DNA of 64,000 nt from Mobula hypostoma (Eukaryota): the NCBI RefSeq assembly GCF_963921235.1, contig NC_086108.1, positions 70,868,001 to 70,932,000 of the forward strand, read 5' to 3'. Shown piece after piece: positions 24,146-37,199 of the stretch. Numbering within the stretch: the first letter of the stretch is position 1; each line of letters opens with the position of its first letter. Both the position numbers and the translations under genes were made by a program. Below the pieces are notes generated by a model that was not told where the DNA came from, ran no database searches, and saw nothing but the letters and a program-made list of their open reading frames with translations.

Positions 24146-24974
24146 CTACAACAAATGATACAGCAAATGTTTTAACAACTCAAGTTTAATTTTGGTGATA
24201 TTAAAACACAAGGAAGATATTGAAGTAAGGGTAAGTCACAACATGCCTGAAATCTCTTTGCCTTTCAATAGTAACTGATCCGATCATTAGTGCTAAATCT
24301 ACGTTCCTGCCTCATCTAACACCATCTGCTAAACTTACTGCTTCGATCACCAAGGACAAGAAATTCATGGAACTCCACCACCCACAGATTCCCCTCCTAG
24401 TCACATGCTACCCTGACCTGGTAATATATCACTGGGTCCTTCAGTGTTTCTGGATCCAAATTCTGGGATTCCCTCCCCAACAGCAGGTGGGAGTATCTTC
24501 ACCACAAGAACTATAGTGTTTCAAGGTGTCTGGTCACCTCCACCTTCTTGGGCATTTTGGCACTGGCAATAACTGCTGGCCCTGCCAGTGATCACGACAT
24601 CCCAAAAATTATTTTTAAGATTTCTCATTGCTTTCCTCCATTCCCTAAAACTAATGTCTTGGGTTCTACACTGTCTGAGGTAGAGAATTTAAAACATTCA
24701 AAGTACTCAGATGAAATTCCTCTTCAGGGTTGTGAATACTGCATTCTGATGATTCTTTCAAATGCGTGGCTGCAAATGGAAAAGCTGGTTGTGAGGAGGA
24801 CAGAGTCTGGAAGGGATGCAGACAGGATAAACAAGTGCGCAAAAACTTCAGCAGCTGGAATATAATGAAGGGAATTGTGAGGTCATCCACCTTGGTAGCA
24901 AAAATAGAAAAAGACAAATATTGCTCAGGTAACGAAAGACTACAGATGGTAAATATGAGTGTTAAAGCCTGTCC

Positions 24975-25285
24975 CGAGCCTTGGGCAAGCCGTAGCACCT
25001 GCTTATTTTCCCCCCGATCAGGGTTATGTGAAGCCAGGGGAGAAGGTGGTGAATGGTCGTATGAGCAGCTGGTGTATATCACAAGTCCCGGTTACATGAC
25101 CACCGTCGCCAGGCAGACAATCTCTGAACAGTATTGATAATGGCTGGGCTCACTCATCTTGTAACAACAGTGCCCAGAAGACAACAATGGCAAGTCACTC
25201 CTCTCGAAAAATTTGCCAAGAACAACCATGGTCATAGAAAGACCATGAATTGCTGATGTCATACGACACAGCACATAACAAAATA
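24975..25285 (+). mobile_element. RTE-type non-autonomous retroposon
   Basis: Shares long identity with 35905-36185 (cttgggcaag...cccccgatcaggg...gccaggcagacaatctctg); aatggcaagtcactcc resembles the RTE/Bov-A aatggcaacccactcc motif. Confidence 0.6.
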
Positions 25286-25807
25286 GTGAACTCTTTGGAG
25301 CCATGAGAACACTTAAGAATCCAATCCTTTTGCAACTGATTAGACAAGAACAGGTCTTTATTCCATGTTGGAAGCCATTTATGATACGTGAAAGGGGTAG
25401 AAGATGGGAGTTACTGCATTAATGAAAATTTCTGATTTTAGAACAAAAACCTCTATACCTTTCCCATCCCAATGTGCTTTGGACCCTGTAAATTACTAAT
25501 AATGTTGCAGTCACTGTTGTAATTTGAGCAAATGCAGGAACTGTTTGAAGGTACAATGCAAGGAAGGGCAAAGTCAAATATGATGTACTGGAAATACGAA
25601 ATAAAACTGGAAATGCTGGAGTACTCAACAGGCCAGGCATCATTTGTGGGGAGTAAAACAGAGCTGTGCTTGGTTAGGTACATGGATGCGAGAGGTATGG
25701 AGGGCTATGGTCCAGATGCAGGTAGAGGGCAGTAGGCAGAAGACCAGACTGGCATAGACTAGATGGACAGAAGGGTCTGCTTCTGTGCTTGTAGTGCTCA
25801 ATGGCTC

Positions 25808-26125
25808 ATGGTGGCATAGTGGTTAGCGCAACACCATTACAGCTGCAGCTGTAAGATCAGGGTTCGATGCCCGCTGCCATCTGTAAGGAGTTTGTACGTT
25901 CTCCCTGTCACTGTGTGGGTTTTGTCTGGGTGCTCCAGTTTCCTCCCACATTTCTAAAGATGTACGGTTAAGGTCAGTGAGTTCTGAGCATGGTGTGTTG
26001 TTGGAAGCACAGTGACATTTGTGGGCTGCTCAATATAACCCTCACTGATTTGATTTGATACAAGCAATGCATTTCACTGTTTGTTTCAATGTTCATGGGA
26101 CAGATAAAGCTAACCTTTAAATCAT
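25808..26125 (+). mobile_element. V/HE1-type tRNA SINE
   Basis: tggcatagtggttag A box, ggttcgatgcc B box, central ggagtttgtacgttctccc...gggtgctccagtttcctcccaca block. Confidence 0.75.
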
Positions 26126-27934
26126 CTTTAGAGTTTTCATAAAGAAGGTCAAAGACTGAGAACAGTACAGCATAGGGACTATGGCCCACAATGTTGCGCA
26201 AAACCAATTCAATTAGTAATCAAGTACCCAACTGAAACATCAATTCTGTTTCCCATCTCCAATCCCGACTAGATGGATATTTCCAGAATTTTCCATCTAC
26301 ACTTTCCTGAGGCAAATGACTCATTTGCATGTTTTTGTTGATAAGGGGGCGAGTGAAAGGTTTTGGCCAATCATGGAGGGACAGCCCCAGTTTTCTGGGT
26401 GTGTTCCTCCCCTCAGTAGCGTTTATTTACACAGCCTGCCTGTTGACACTGCTCCGTTAGTCTAAATGTTGCAATGCTGCCAGAATTGGATGTGGATCAG
26501 GACTCACACCAAGCAGCCTCTTTTCACAGGAAAGTAAGTCTGTTTACTCAGAAATCCAGGCCTATTTAAACAAAGCGATACTGCAGCCTGCAGAGTCTAT
26601 TTGAGGATTCGCATGTAAGAACATGCTGAAACCACATCCTAATAAAGAAGAGAGATTTTTTTCCAGCAAAGTATGGAGAGCAGAGAATCGTCAAACACAC
26701 GTTACCTGGGTGAAGTCAATCACAGTTGTACACAAGAAGTACGTTTGTTGGCAGCCACCCAGTCACTTTAATTTCTGGCTAGAAACAGTGACGTCACTAT
26801 AGGTAGTCTTTAAATCAGTGTTGACGGTGTCCCCGACTACCCAAGTCTCTGGTGATGAACATAAACATCAGGCAAGCAGTCGGCTTGCCATTTGTTTACT
26901 CTTCTCTGGAAGTGGGCAGTGTACCATGCACACCGTCTACCTTCAGCAAGGAACTTCATTGCACCCTGGTTTATATGACAATAGACTGAGTCTCAACCAC
27001 CTCTGTTGATATTCCCAAAACAAAGGCAGTGGACTTGGGAGAGAAAATCTAAGACAAGATACTAAGTAAATAAAATAAGTAAATACTAAATAAATAAAAG
27101 TAGTTGGATTCTGGTCATTATTCATCCCTCAGCCAACCTTGCTGAAACAGATTATAAGGTCATCATCATGCTGCTGCTTTTTGCAGATTAATGCACACAA
27201 ATTAGCTACTGTGTTTGCCTCAACATAACAGTGACTAAAATACAATAAGTCCTTTTGAGATTTCCTCAAAGGGATGTGAAAGTTGCAGTGAAAATGCAAG
27301 CTTTCCTTTGTCCAACAGCAGCATGAAATAAAGGTATCTTGTTTTCAGGGCAAATTATCTGGGATCTCATTCCTTATGTTGTTTTGACACCAATCTGACC
27401 AGGTTGTACAATCACATCTTCCTTCGTCAGTTTGTTGTCAATCTGACCTTATTTTTTTAATCCCTGTTGATTCCAGTTTTGTCCAATAAATACTTGAATT
27501 GTATGTCACCTGTGCAGTGTAATATGCCGTGGAACATAGCTTTCTTGGTTTAAAGAGCAGAGCTGAGGTGCCATCTTAGCAGCACCTGAACCTAAAAACC
27601 CTGTGAAGCTTGTTGGAGCTCAAACACTGCGACTGGAGTGTAGGATTGGTCATTCTCCCTCTGCCGACAGATGCTTGAGGTTGTTTCCCAATCCTTGGAA
27701 GCTGGCTGGGAGTGAGCTCCAAGAATGCCACCAGGCTTGGGAATATGCATGATACCTGTCCATCATAACACTATTCAAAGATGATATGCCTTGATGATCC
27801 TTGGGGTCAAAGTAAGGTGCTCCTACTATTAAATAAACCTGTTTTTATAACCATCCTTTGAACAAATTCTCCTCTCTCCTTCCTAAATCCATTTTATTTT
27901 ATTGTATCCCTGCGCTGCACTTTATATATTGTGA

Positions 27935-29270
27935 ACAGGAAGTATTTTGTACCCTGTTTTACAGATGGAATCAGGTCCTTTGACCCAACTTGCCAATGCC
28001 AACCAAGTTGTCAACTTGAGCAAACCCCATTTCCCATCGTTTGACACATATCCTTCCAAATCTTTCTTATCCAGGTACCTGTCCAACTGTCTTTTAATCA
28101 TTGTAATTGCACCCTCATCTACCACTTCCACACACCTGCCACCCGCGGTGTGGAAAAAGTTGCCAGCAGGTCACTTTTAACTCTTTTGCCCTCTCACATT
28201 AAACCCATGTCTTCTAGTTTTAGACTCAACTACCTTAATAAAAACTGTGACCATTCATCTCATGATTTTATAAACCCCTCTATGGTCAGCCTTCAGTATT
28301 CCAGGGAACAGGTCCCAGCCTATCCAATTTATTGTATTTAAGATACAGTTAGATAGATTTTTACATAGTAAGGGAATTAAGGGTTATGGGAGAAAAGGCA
28401 GGTAGGTGGAGCTGAGTTTACGGACAGATCAGCTGTGATCTTATTGAATGGCGGAGCAGGTTCGATGGACCGGATGGCCTACTCCTGCTCCTATTTCTTA
28501 TGTTTTTCTTACATTCTTATGTCTTTCCTCATGAAACACAGAAATTCAGCATGCAGGTTCAACAAATAATTAGGAAGGCAAATGGAATGTGAATATATGA
28601 GAAAGAGGTATTCTTAAAAGCAAACAGGGATTTGCTGAGATCTGAAGTACTGAAGAAAGTTTTGGTCTCTTTATTTGAGGAGATAGATTTGCAATGAAAG
28701 GAATTTAGAGAGCACTCACTAGATAAGAATACAGGCCTGAAGGAGTTGCGTTATGAGGAAGTGTTGGGCCTACATCCCCAGGAGTTTATAAGAATAAGAA
28801 GAGTAATCTATTAATACCAGAATCTTAGTGCAGTTGGTGGAATAGGTGCCAAGGGAATGTTTCACTCATGGAGTATTTGGAACTAGGGGATCAAGTTTCA
28901 GAATAAGGGGTCCACTAATGTAACTCAGGAGAGGAAGAAATTCTTTTCTTGGGGTTTGCGAATCACAGAGCACTGGACTGTACAGGATAGGAATAGGCCC
29001 TTCAGCTCACCACATCTGCACTGACTATGATACTAATTTAAACTAATCCCACCTGCCTTCTTTCTATTCCCTACCAGTGTAAAGGCCTCTTAAATATTTT
29101 TATCATATCTGCTTCTACCACCTCTCCAAACACCTACCACTCCTTGCATTTAAGCTTTTTCCTCTCATCTTAAATCTATGCCCTCTAGTATTTGACATTT
29201 CCACCCTGGGAAAGAGAATATGACCATCTGCCATAACAATACTCATTATTTTATACACTTCTATCAGAAT
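27935..29270. mobile_element. Cluster of short CR1 3' fragments in both orientations
   Basis: Repeated CR1 3'-end motifs (LDRYLD.K..EGY-like, RGDLIEVYKI-like, tail hairpin region). Confidence 0.6.
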
Positions 29271-29599
29271 GAGAGTCAGGTTTATTGTCATTGACATCAG
29301 TTGTGAAGTTGTTTTGTGGCAGCAGTACAGAGCAATACAGTGGACTCTGGTTAAGTGGGACACACTGGGACACATTTTGGCCCAATTTGGTACTGCCTCA
29401 AATAGCTGAAGTTTCATGGAAATAGTTAAAAATATATAAAAATGACAAAGTACCATTTAATAATTTATGTACTTAAATGAAATACTACCAAAACTAGTAC
29501 AGTACTATAAGACTCTGTATTAGTTCCTAATAGCTATCAACAGAAGAATTCATCAAGTGTACAAGTCATGAGTGTATAAATATGCTGGGCCATTTAGTG

Positions 29600-30935
29600 T
29601 TAAAAAAGGAGGTGCTGGGGTGGATAAGTCCCCAGGGCCTAATGGGATTCACTCCAGGTTATTGAAGGAGGCAAAGAACAAGATTGCTGAGGCCTTGGCC
29701 AGTATCTTCGTATCCTCTCTAGCCACAGGTGAGGTCCCAGGGTGAGTGGCTAATATTAGATTAGATTAGATTATGAGGACACGCAGTCCTCTTTTATTGT
29801 CATTTAGTAATGCATGCATTAAGAAATGTTACAATATTCCTCGGGTGTGATATCACAGAAACACAGGACAGACCAAGACTTAAAAACTGACAAAAAACAC
29901 ATAATTATAACAAATAATTACAACAGTGCAAGCAATACCATAACTTGATGAAGAGCAGGCCATGGGCACGGAAAAAAAAGTTCAAAGTCTCTCGAAAGTC
30001 CCACATCTCACGCAGACGGGAGAAGGAAGAAAACTCTCCCTGCCATGCCCGACCACAGTCCGACTCTGAGTCGCCCAAAAACTTCGAGCCTCCGATCAAC
30101 CCTCCGAAACCGAGCACCATCTCTGCCGAGTGCTTCGACCCCAGCCCCACCACCAGCAGCAGGCAAAGCCGAGGATTTGGGGCCTTCCCTCCGGAGATTC
30201 TCGATCGCACAGTAGCAGCGGCAGCGAACCGGGCATTTCAGAAGTTTCTCCAGATGTTCCTCCGTGCTTCTCACGGCTGTCTCCATCAAATCAGAATTGT
30301 GCATGGTACCCCATTTAACAAATACGATATCATTTCACCGGAGAGGCTACGTCATGCTGCCATCTTCTCCTCCGCCATCTGTACCTCTATATTGTACCTT
30401 TATTTAAGAAGGTATAAAGGGAAAATCCTGGGAACTATAGACCAGTGAGTCTCATCAGTTGCAGGGAAATGCTGGAAAAAATTCTTAGTGTAGGATATAC
30501 TGTATGAGCATTTGAAAACCCATGGCCTAATTAGGGATACCTATAATGGCTTTGTGCTGGGTAGGTCATGTTTTAACCAACTTGACTAAGTTTTTTGACA
30601 AGGTGTCTAGAGATGGGGGTAGGGCAGTGGATGTTGTCTACGTGCATTTTTAGTAAGGCATTTGACAACTTCCTTCATGGGAGGCTAATCCAGCAGATTA
30701 AGATGCATGGGATCCACAGCAAATTGGCTGTTTGGATTCAGAACTGGCTGGCGCATAGAAGACACAGGGTAGTGGTTGAAGGGACTTATTGAGCTGAAAG
30801 TCTGTAATTAGTGGTGTTCCCAGGGATCTGTGCTGGGACCTCTGCTGTTTGTGATGTATATAAATGACCTGGATGAAAATGTAGATGGGTGAGTTAGTAA
30901 ATGTGCAGATTATACCAATTGGTGGAGTTGGGAAT
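29600..30935 (+). mobile_element. CR1 ORF2 fragment split by the 29758-30388 insertion
   Basis: DKSPGPNGIH...VAN|IVPLFKK...PGNYRPVSL...FSKAFD..HGRLIQ. Confidence 0.8.
29758..30388 (-). mobile_element. Non-autonomous GC-rich retroposon with (AATCT)n tail
   Basis: Splits the CR1 codons VANI/VP with a short duplication atatt (29753-29757, 30389-30393). AATAAA plus (AATCT)n at the 3' end; two AGATGGC motifs at the 5' end. Confidence 0.75.
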
Positions 30936-31300
30936 AAACATAGAAAGCTACAGCACATAACAGGCCCTTTGGCCCACAATGTTGTGCTGACCATGACCAT
31001 GTAACCTCCTCTAGAAACTGACTGGAATATCTCTACCACATAGCCCTCTATTTTTCTAAACTCCATGTACCTATCTAAGAGACTTTTAAAAGACCCTATT
31101 GTATCCGCTTCCACCGCCGCCGCCGGTTGTGCATTCCAGGCACCCACCACTCTCTGTGAAAAACTTACTGCTGACATCCCCCTTGTACCTACTCCCACTT
31201 TAATCAGGTCACCTCTCATCCTCCACTGTTCCAAGAGGAAAAGGCCAAGTTCACTCAACCTATTCCCATAAGGCACACTCTCCAATGCAGGCAACATCCT
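30935..31300 (-). mobile_element. CR1 3' end
   Basis: RMLP.LE..PYGNRLSELGLF...RGDLIKV; tail closely similar to 19190-19400. Confidence 0.8.
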
Positions 31301-31649
31301 TACACTGGGCAAAACAGTCTTAGTGCCTATTACTCGTCGACTATCAGTGACAAAAATAACATCTTTTTGAACAAAAACACACAACGTGATGCTAAATAAA
31401 AACAGTTTGCTCTAAGCATGGAGTAGTGTCTAATGACCACATGGCCTGAATATGACCGATGTTAGTTAGAAACTGTTCGGCTACAGTCTTCTGTCCCAAT
31501 TAAGTGGCATAGTGTCTCAAATAAACAAAGTGAATCCCAGCTATTTTCTCAATTTGTTTTTGTTCTTTAAGAGTTGTCCCACATAAGTGACTGCCCCAAT
31601 TAACTAGAACCCACTGTCCAACTAGAACCCACTGTCCCTGAGGTTGTTT

Positions 31650-32215
31650 TAGCTGGGGGTGGTAATGGGGTTGAGCTCCCACTACCTTTTAAATGCTCCC
31701 AATGGCATACACCTCAAGTAGCCTCTGGCAACCAGGTCCGGCTTGTGGCCTTCATGTGTGGCTTAGCTACTAAGCCCAGCAGAACTATTTCTACTGACAG
31801 GAGAAGGGGCAAAGGCGGGTTACTGGCCCCTTAAAACCAGTCACTTCAGGCAGTTGAGGCGCATCAGCCGTGGTTGGCAGCTCATCTAGGAGAAGGAAAA
31901 CTCTCAAACCTCTGCTGCCTTTCAACTATACCCACTCACAGGGACAGCTTCAGGAGTAAACCCTGAGGGAAAAATCCAGAGTTGGGGTCCCTAAGGTAGG
32001 TCCTACACTGAGTTCAATCCTAACTGCCAACTCCTCTGACGCTGCTGGTACCAAACTATATCGGTCTCTGCCATTCCGTTGGGTTCAACAGATGCGTGGA
32101 GAGGGGGAGCTTGCTACATGGGCAACAGCTTGCTATCCACATCGCCCTGCCCAGCCTTGTTTATCCAGACAGCCAAGTCGCAATATCCATGGTCAACCCT
32201 GAATGACGGAGGCCC
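31650..32215 (+). mobile_element. RTE-type non-autonomous retroposon (second copy at 61890-62462)
   Basis: About 560 bp colinear with 61890-62462 (agctcccactac...ttagctactaagccc...ttaaaaccagtc...); non-coding. Confidence 0.65.
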
Positions 32216-32374
32216 TCAAGAAGAACAAAAATAGTGAGGCAGTGTCACGGGCTAGTTCATTGTCTGTTCAGAAATCTGATGATAGAGAGAAAGAAGCTGT
32301 TCATGAAACAAAGAGTGTGTGTTAGGCTCTCTGATGGTAGCAATAAGAAGAGAGTATGTCCTCGCTGATGGAGA

Positions 32375-33660
32375 TACCTAATGATGGGTGCACTTACATC
32401 CACGATGATAAAGTGTTTTGAGAGGATGGTCATGGAACATATCAACTCCTGCCTGAGAAGTAACTTGAGTCCACCCCAATTTGCCTACTAGAACAACAGG
32501 TCCACAGCAGATGCCATCTCATTAGCTCTTCACTCAAACCTGAACATCTGATAGCAAAGATGCACACAATGGGATGCTCTTTATCAAGTTCACCTCAGCA
32601 TTTGATACCATCATCTCCTCAAAACTTACCAATAAGCTCCAAGACCTTGGCCTTGATAACCCCTTGTGCAATTGGCTCCTGGATTTCCTTACCTGCAGAC
32701 CCCAGTTAGTTTGGATTGGCAACATCTCCTCCACAATCTCCATCAGCAAAGGTGCCCCCTGCTCTACTAGCTTTGCACTTAAGATTGTGTGGCTAAGCAT
32801 AGCTCCAATGCCATATTCAAGTTTGCCGATAACACCACAGTCATAAACCAGATCAATGGTGGTGAGAAACCAGCTTATTGGAGGGACATTGAAATTCTGG
32901 TTGAGTGGTGCCATAACAACAATCTCCTACTCAATGTCAGCAAGATCAAGGAGTTGATTATTGATTTCATGGAAAGGAAACCAGAAGTCCATGAGATAGT
33001 CCTCATCAGAGGATCAGAGGTGGAGAGGGTCAGCAACTTTATATTCGTCAGTGTAATTATTTTGGAGGACCTGTCCTCGGCCCGGCACGCAACTGCAATT
33101 ACGAAGAAAGCACAGTAACGCCTCTGCTACCTCAGGAGTTTGCGAAGATTCAGCATGACATCTAAAACTTTGACAAACTTCTATAGAAGTGTGGTGGAGA
33201 GTGTATTGACTCGTTGACTCACAGACTGGTATGGCTTGAACAGAAATTCCTACAAAAAGTGGTGGATGCAGCCCAGTCCATCATGGGTAAAGCCCTCCCC
33301 ACTGTTGAGCACATCCACACAAAACATTGTCGCAGGAAAGCAGCATCCAACATCAGGTACCCCTACTGCCCCTACCACCCAAGACATGCTCTTCTCACTG
33401 CTGCCATCAGAAAGAAGATAAAGGAGCCTCAGAACTCACACTACCAGGTTCAGGAACAGTTACAGGCTCAACATTCAGGCTCTTGATCCAAAGAGGATAA
33501 CTTCACTCAACTTCACGTGCCCCAGCATTGAAATGTTCCCACAGGCCAAGGACTCTTCATCCTATTGTTTGTTTATTTATTATTTTTTTTCCTATTTGAA
33601 CACTGGTTGAGTGCCTAAGTTGGTGAGGTCTTTCGTTAATTCTGTTATGGTTGCTATCGT
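32375..33660 (+). mobile_element. Rex1/L2-group LINE RT fragment with 3' end
   Basis: [52 protein letters not shown]. Confidence 0.85.
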
Positions 33661-33669
33661 TATCTTGTC

Positions 33670-34280
33670 CATAAGACATAGGAACAGAATTAGGCCATTC
33701 AGCCCATCAGGTCTGCTCTGCCATTCAATCACAGCTAACTTATTATCCCTCACAACCCCATCCCCCTGTCTCCTCCCCATAATCTTTGACATCTTGACTA
33801 ATCAAGAACCTATCAACCTCTGCTTTAAATATACCCAATGTCTTGGCCTCCACAGCCATCCATGGCAATGAATTCTGTAGATTCACCAATGTCTGGCTAA
33901 AGAAATTCATCTTCATCTCTGTTCTAAATGGACGTCCTTCTATTCTGAGGCTGTGCTCTCTGATCCTAGACTTTCCTACGATAGGAAACATCCTCTCCAC
34001 ATCCATTCCATCTAGGCCTTTCAATATTCAATAGGTTTCAATGAGATCTGCCCACATCCCTCTAAATTCTCACAAGTACAGGCCCTGAGCTACCGAACGC
34101 TCCTCCTGTAACCCTTTCATTCCTGGAATCATTCTCATGAACCTCCTTTGAACCCTCTCCAATGCCAGCACATCATTTATTTGAAAAGGAGCCAGAAACT
34201 GTTCGCAATACTCCAAGTACAGTCTGACCAATGCCTTATAAAGCCTCAGCATTACATTCTTGCTCCCGTATTCTAGTTCC
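33670..34280 (-). mobile_element. CR1 3' fragment
   Basis: LRLYKALVRLYLEYCEQF, LERVQRRFMRMIPGMKG, KGLD..DVERMFP. Confidence 0.85.
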
Positions 34281-34284
34281 TTCA

Positions 34285-35240
34285 AAATGGCGTGGTGGAG
34301 AGTCTTATGAGTTCCTGATAGTGATGCCATCTGGAGTTTAGCTCCTGGTAGGGTTACCCATGGTAACAAGGTCGGGGGGGGGGGGAATTCCTGACAAAGA
34401 GTGATTCAACCAAGACCTCAATGGTGGATCCAGTGGAAGATGATAACATATTACAACAGCAGTGAAGGCAGAGAGGCAGAGGAAGTCTACAGTATTGAAG
34501 AGTTCCCATTTGTCTTGGATGCCATGCCACTGGACTCTGACCCGTTGGTCAAGGACCATGCGGTTGCTGCCCGTGCATCAGACTCCTCACGTCAAAGTCA
34601 CACCCAGGCATTCTCCATTGAGGGAATTCACCCTAACCCACCAATAGACCACCCCATAGGTGAACATCATACTCGACTCGTACTGCCCTTATCAATCCTC
34701 CACCTTCTTCTCAGGCCGTCCCTCAGGACTTGCTGCCACTCCCAGTGCAGTGGATCCACAGATTTTATCAGAATTGATAAAATATGGGGGTAATGCCACA
34801 GCCGAGCTTGGTGCCAGTCTACAGTAAGACTGATTCAATTGTGAACCCTTGGAATACAATCACGACTTAAGGTCATGTGGTTAATGTACATAATGAATCT
34901 TCTCCAAGCATCGTCACCTTGCCACGGTGGAAAGGATCATGAGGTCCTGAGATCCCAAGAGCGCTGCCTGAAAGAGTCACCAATGACGGTAAGGTCAAGG
35001 GGGAGGTTCCAGACAAGGAGCGACCCTACCAGGACCAGGATCGTGGAGCTGGTGGAAGATGATGACACATCACAATGTCAGTGAAGGCGGAGGAAGGCTG
35101 CAGCAGTGAATGGTCTCCAGTCATCTTGCATTCCATGTCACTGGACCCTGACCCTGATCGGTCAAGGACCCTGTAATGGCTGCCTGCGCATTAGCCTCCC
35201 TACGTTAAACAAGATCATGCACAGGCATTCTCCAGTAAGG
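34285..35240 (+). repeat. Two related RTE-like non-autonomous copies (~34285-34620, ~34900-35240)
   Basis: Shared gtggaagatgat.acat...agtgaaggc.gag and ccatg.cactggac.ctgaccc...gtcaaggacc blocks. Confidence 0.55.
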
Positions 35241-35534
35241 AGAAAATCACACTCGGCTTGAGTGACTTCACTACCATACTTTATATGCGCAACTCTGCAA
35301 AAATGCGCTGGTAGAGCTGAACTCTTCCAATGATAACCAAGGCTGGAAAAATAAAACTGTGAAAGGAAATCATTTCAGAATGCTATGGAGGTCTGACAAC
35401 TCCCACACCATGGGGAAGTTTAAAATTATCCATCCGTTCTTTCATAACATTGCCTGGTTTCAGCAGGCATGGAGAGATGAGTCAATGTCAGTAAGTGCAA
35501 GAAGTCTCTCTACATTTCAACATCCCACAGTACT

Positions 35535-35810
35535 CCATGGTAATGTAGTGGTTAGCATGATGATATTACATCTCGGAGCATCAGAGTTCAGAGTTCAAAC
35601 CTGATGCCATCAGTATGTCCTCCTCATGGATTTCCTCCAGGTGCTCTGGTTTCCTCCCACAATCCAAAGACGTACCAGTTAGTAGATTAATTTGTCATTG
35701 TAAATTGTTCGTCCCGTGATTAGGCTAGGGTCAAATTGCGAGTCGCTGCGCAGCGCAGCTTGAAGGGCCAGAAAGGCCTATTCTGCACTGCATCTCTAAA
35801 CAAATAAAAA
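35535..35810 (+). mobile_element. V/HE1-type SINE
   Basis: tgtagtggttagc A box, gttcaaacc B box, ggtttcctcccacaatccaaagacgt block. Confidence 0.65.
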
Positions 35811-35904
35811 CTTTAACAACCTCCAAAAATTATCGCAAACTATTCGCAAGAAAACAGGGGAGAGTGGTTCTCCCATGTTGGAATAACACAGGTTCATCAA
35901 CATG

Positions 35905-36185
35905 AGATGGGCGGCAAGGTGGAAATGCATCTCTACCAAAGGAGGTGGAAGGCGCTCCTTCCCTCTGTGAGCCTGCAGGTCACCCTTGGGCAAGTTGCAG
36001 CACCTGCTTAACCCCCGATCAGGGTCACGTGAAGCCACGGAAGCAGGTGGTGGATATCAGAAGTCCTGGTTATGACCACTGACGCCAGGCAGACAATCTC
36101 TGCAGAGTATCGAGAATGACTGGGGTCACCTGTCTTATAAAGAAACTGCCCAGAGGTAATGGCAAACATTGCCAAGAACACTGGA
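35905..36185 (+). mobile_element. RTE-type non-autonomous retroposon (family of 24975-25285)
   Basis: Direct similarity to 24975-25285, extending further 5'. Confidence 0.6.
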
Positions 36186-37199
36186 TTTATTTTGAGTATG
36201 CCCACAAGACAATGAATCTCAGGGTTGTATATGATGACATACAGCATATATATTTTGAAAATAAATTTACTTTGAACTTTGAAACAAATAGATTTTGATA
36301 AAGTTCTCTGCATTTCCTTTCTCCCTGTCATTAATTCCCCTGACCCAACTAATTTATCTCTTTGTGACTTATTATTTTTTCATGCTTGTAGAAGCTCCTA
36401 TAATCCAAGATATCATCCTTCATTAGTTTACTCCAATGCTGTTTATTAATTTTAATTATTCCTTTCCATGTACTAAAATTCTCACAATCACAAGGCCCAC
36501 AGTTATTTTCTCCAAAACACAAGCTTTTTCTTTCACTCCAATTCCCTTTTTCACTAGATGGAATTCCTTTCCTTTCCATCTTTGTTCTCACAGGGGTAAG
36601 CCATGAAGAATAATTAAATATTTCTGCACCTATTTTAATTTTCCGAAAAAGGATGATCTAAGCCTTAACAAACTTGACTAGCGGGGCTTAAGCAGTTTGG
36701 TGCAGAATGCTTCACAAATGTAAAACTTTCCCAAGATTTTTTAAATTGAGCTGCCATTTTCTTAAAGTGAAAAGACGCAATTTGAATACCAGTAAAGGAG
36801 CCAGCTTGTCAATGACGACCTAGTTAATCAGTCTTGGTGTTCATAATGCTTACATCAGCTTGCCTTTTGTGGATTTTTTTTTACAGCGAGTGTGCAGCTG
36901 TAACTGCACCAGCGTCTGCAGGTAATCTGAGTCCCAGCGACAGGGGAGAACAAATTGTCTTGCGCTGGTCTTTTTCAGGTGTGGAGAGTCTAACGGAGAG
37001 AGATATAATTACGTAGAGCAGTTCTTGCTCAAGTACCCACCATAATCTAACAACCATTCAAACTCACCGCCGCAAAGGGCCGTTTTTAAGTGTTTCTTAT
37101 CGTCAGAGACTATTAATTTGAGTATTTGTAAAAGTGTAATTAACATTTGGAGTAAAGAAGCCAATGGAAATGAATGGAGTGCGGTAAAAGATCAAATAC

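Larger units (their letters stand above)
29338..31616. mobile_element. Tigger/pogo-like non-autonomous DNA transposon expanded by nested retroelements
   Basis: TA + CAGTGGACTCTGGTTAAGTGGGACA (29338-29362) matches the reverse complement of 31592-31616 at 20/25 positions. Confidence 0.6.

Noticed and set aside
29945..30448. 167-aa ORF and overlapping antisense ORFs
   Set aside because: They lie within a GC-rich non-autonomous repeat and run into CR1; no recognisable domain.
30698..31384. 228-aa minus-strand ORF
   Set aside because: A chance fusion of a CR1 3' end with the antisense of another CR1.
36887..36921. Plus-strand 35-nt segment with good acceptor (ttttacag) and donor (gtaatc), plus a gtgagt donor near 37291: antisense exon?
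   Set aside because: No partner exons or coding similarity found. Such pseudo-exons are common and need RNA evidence.
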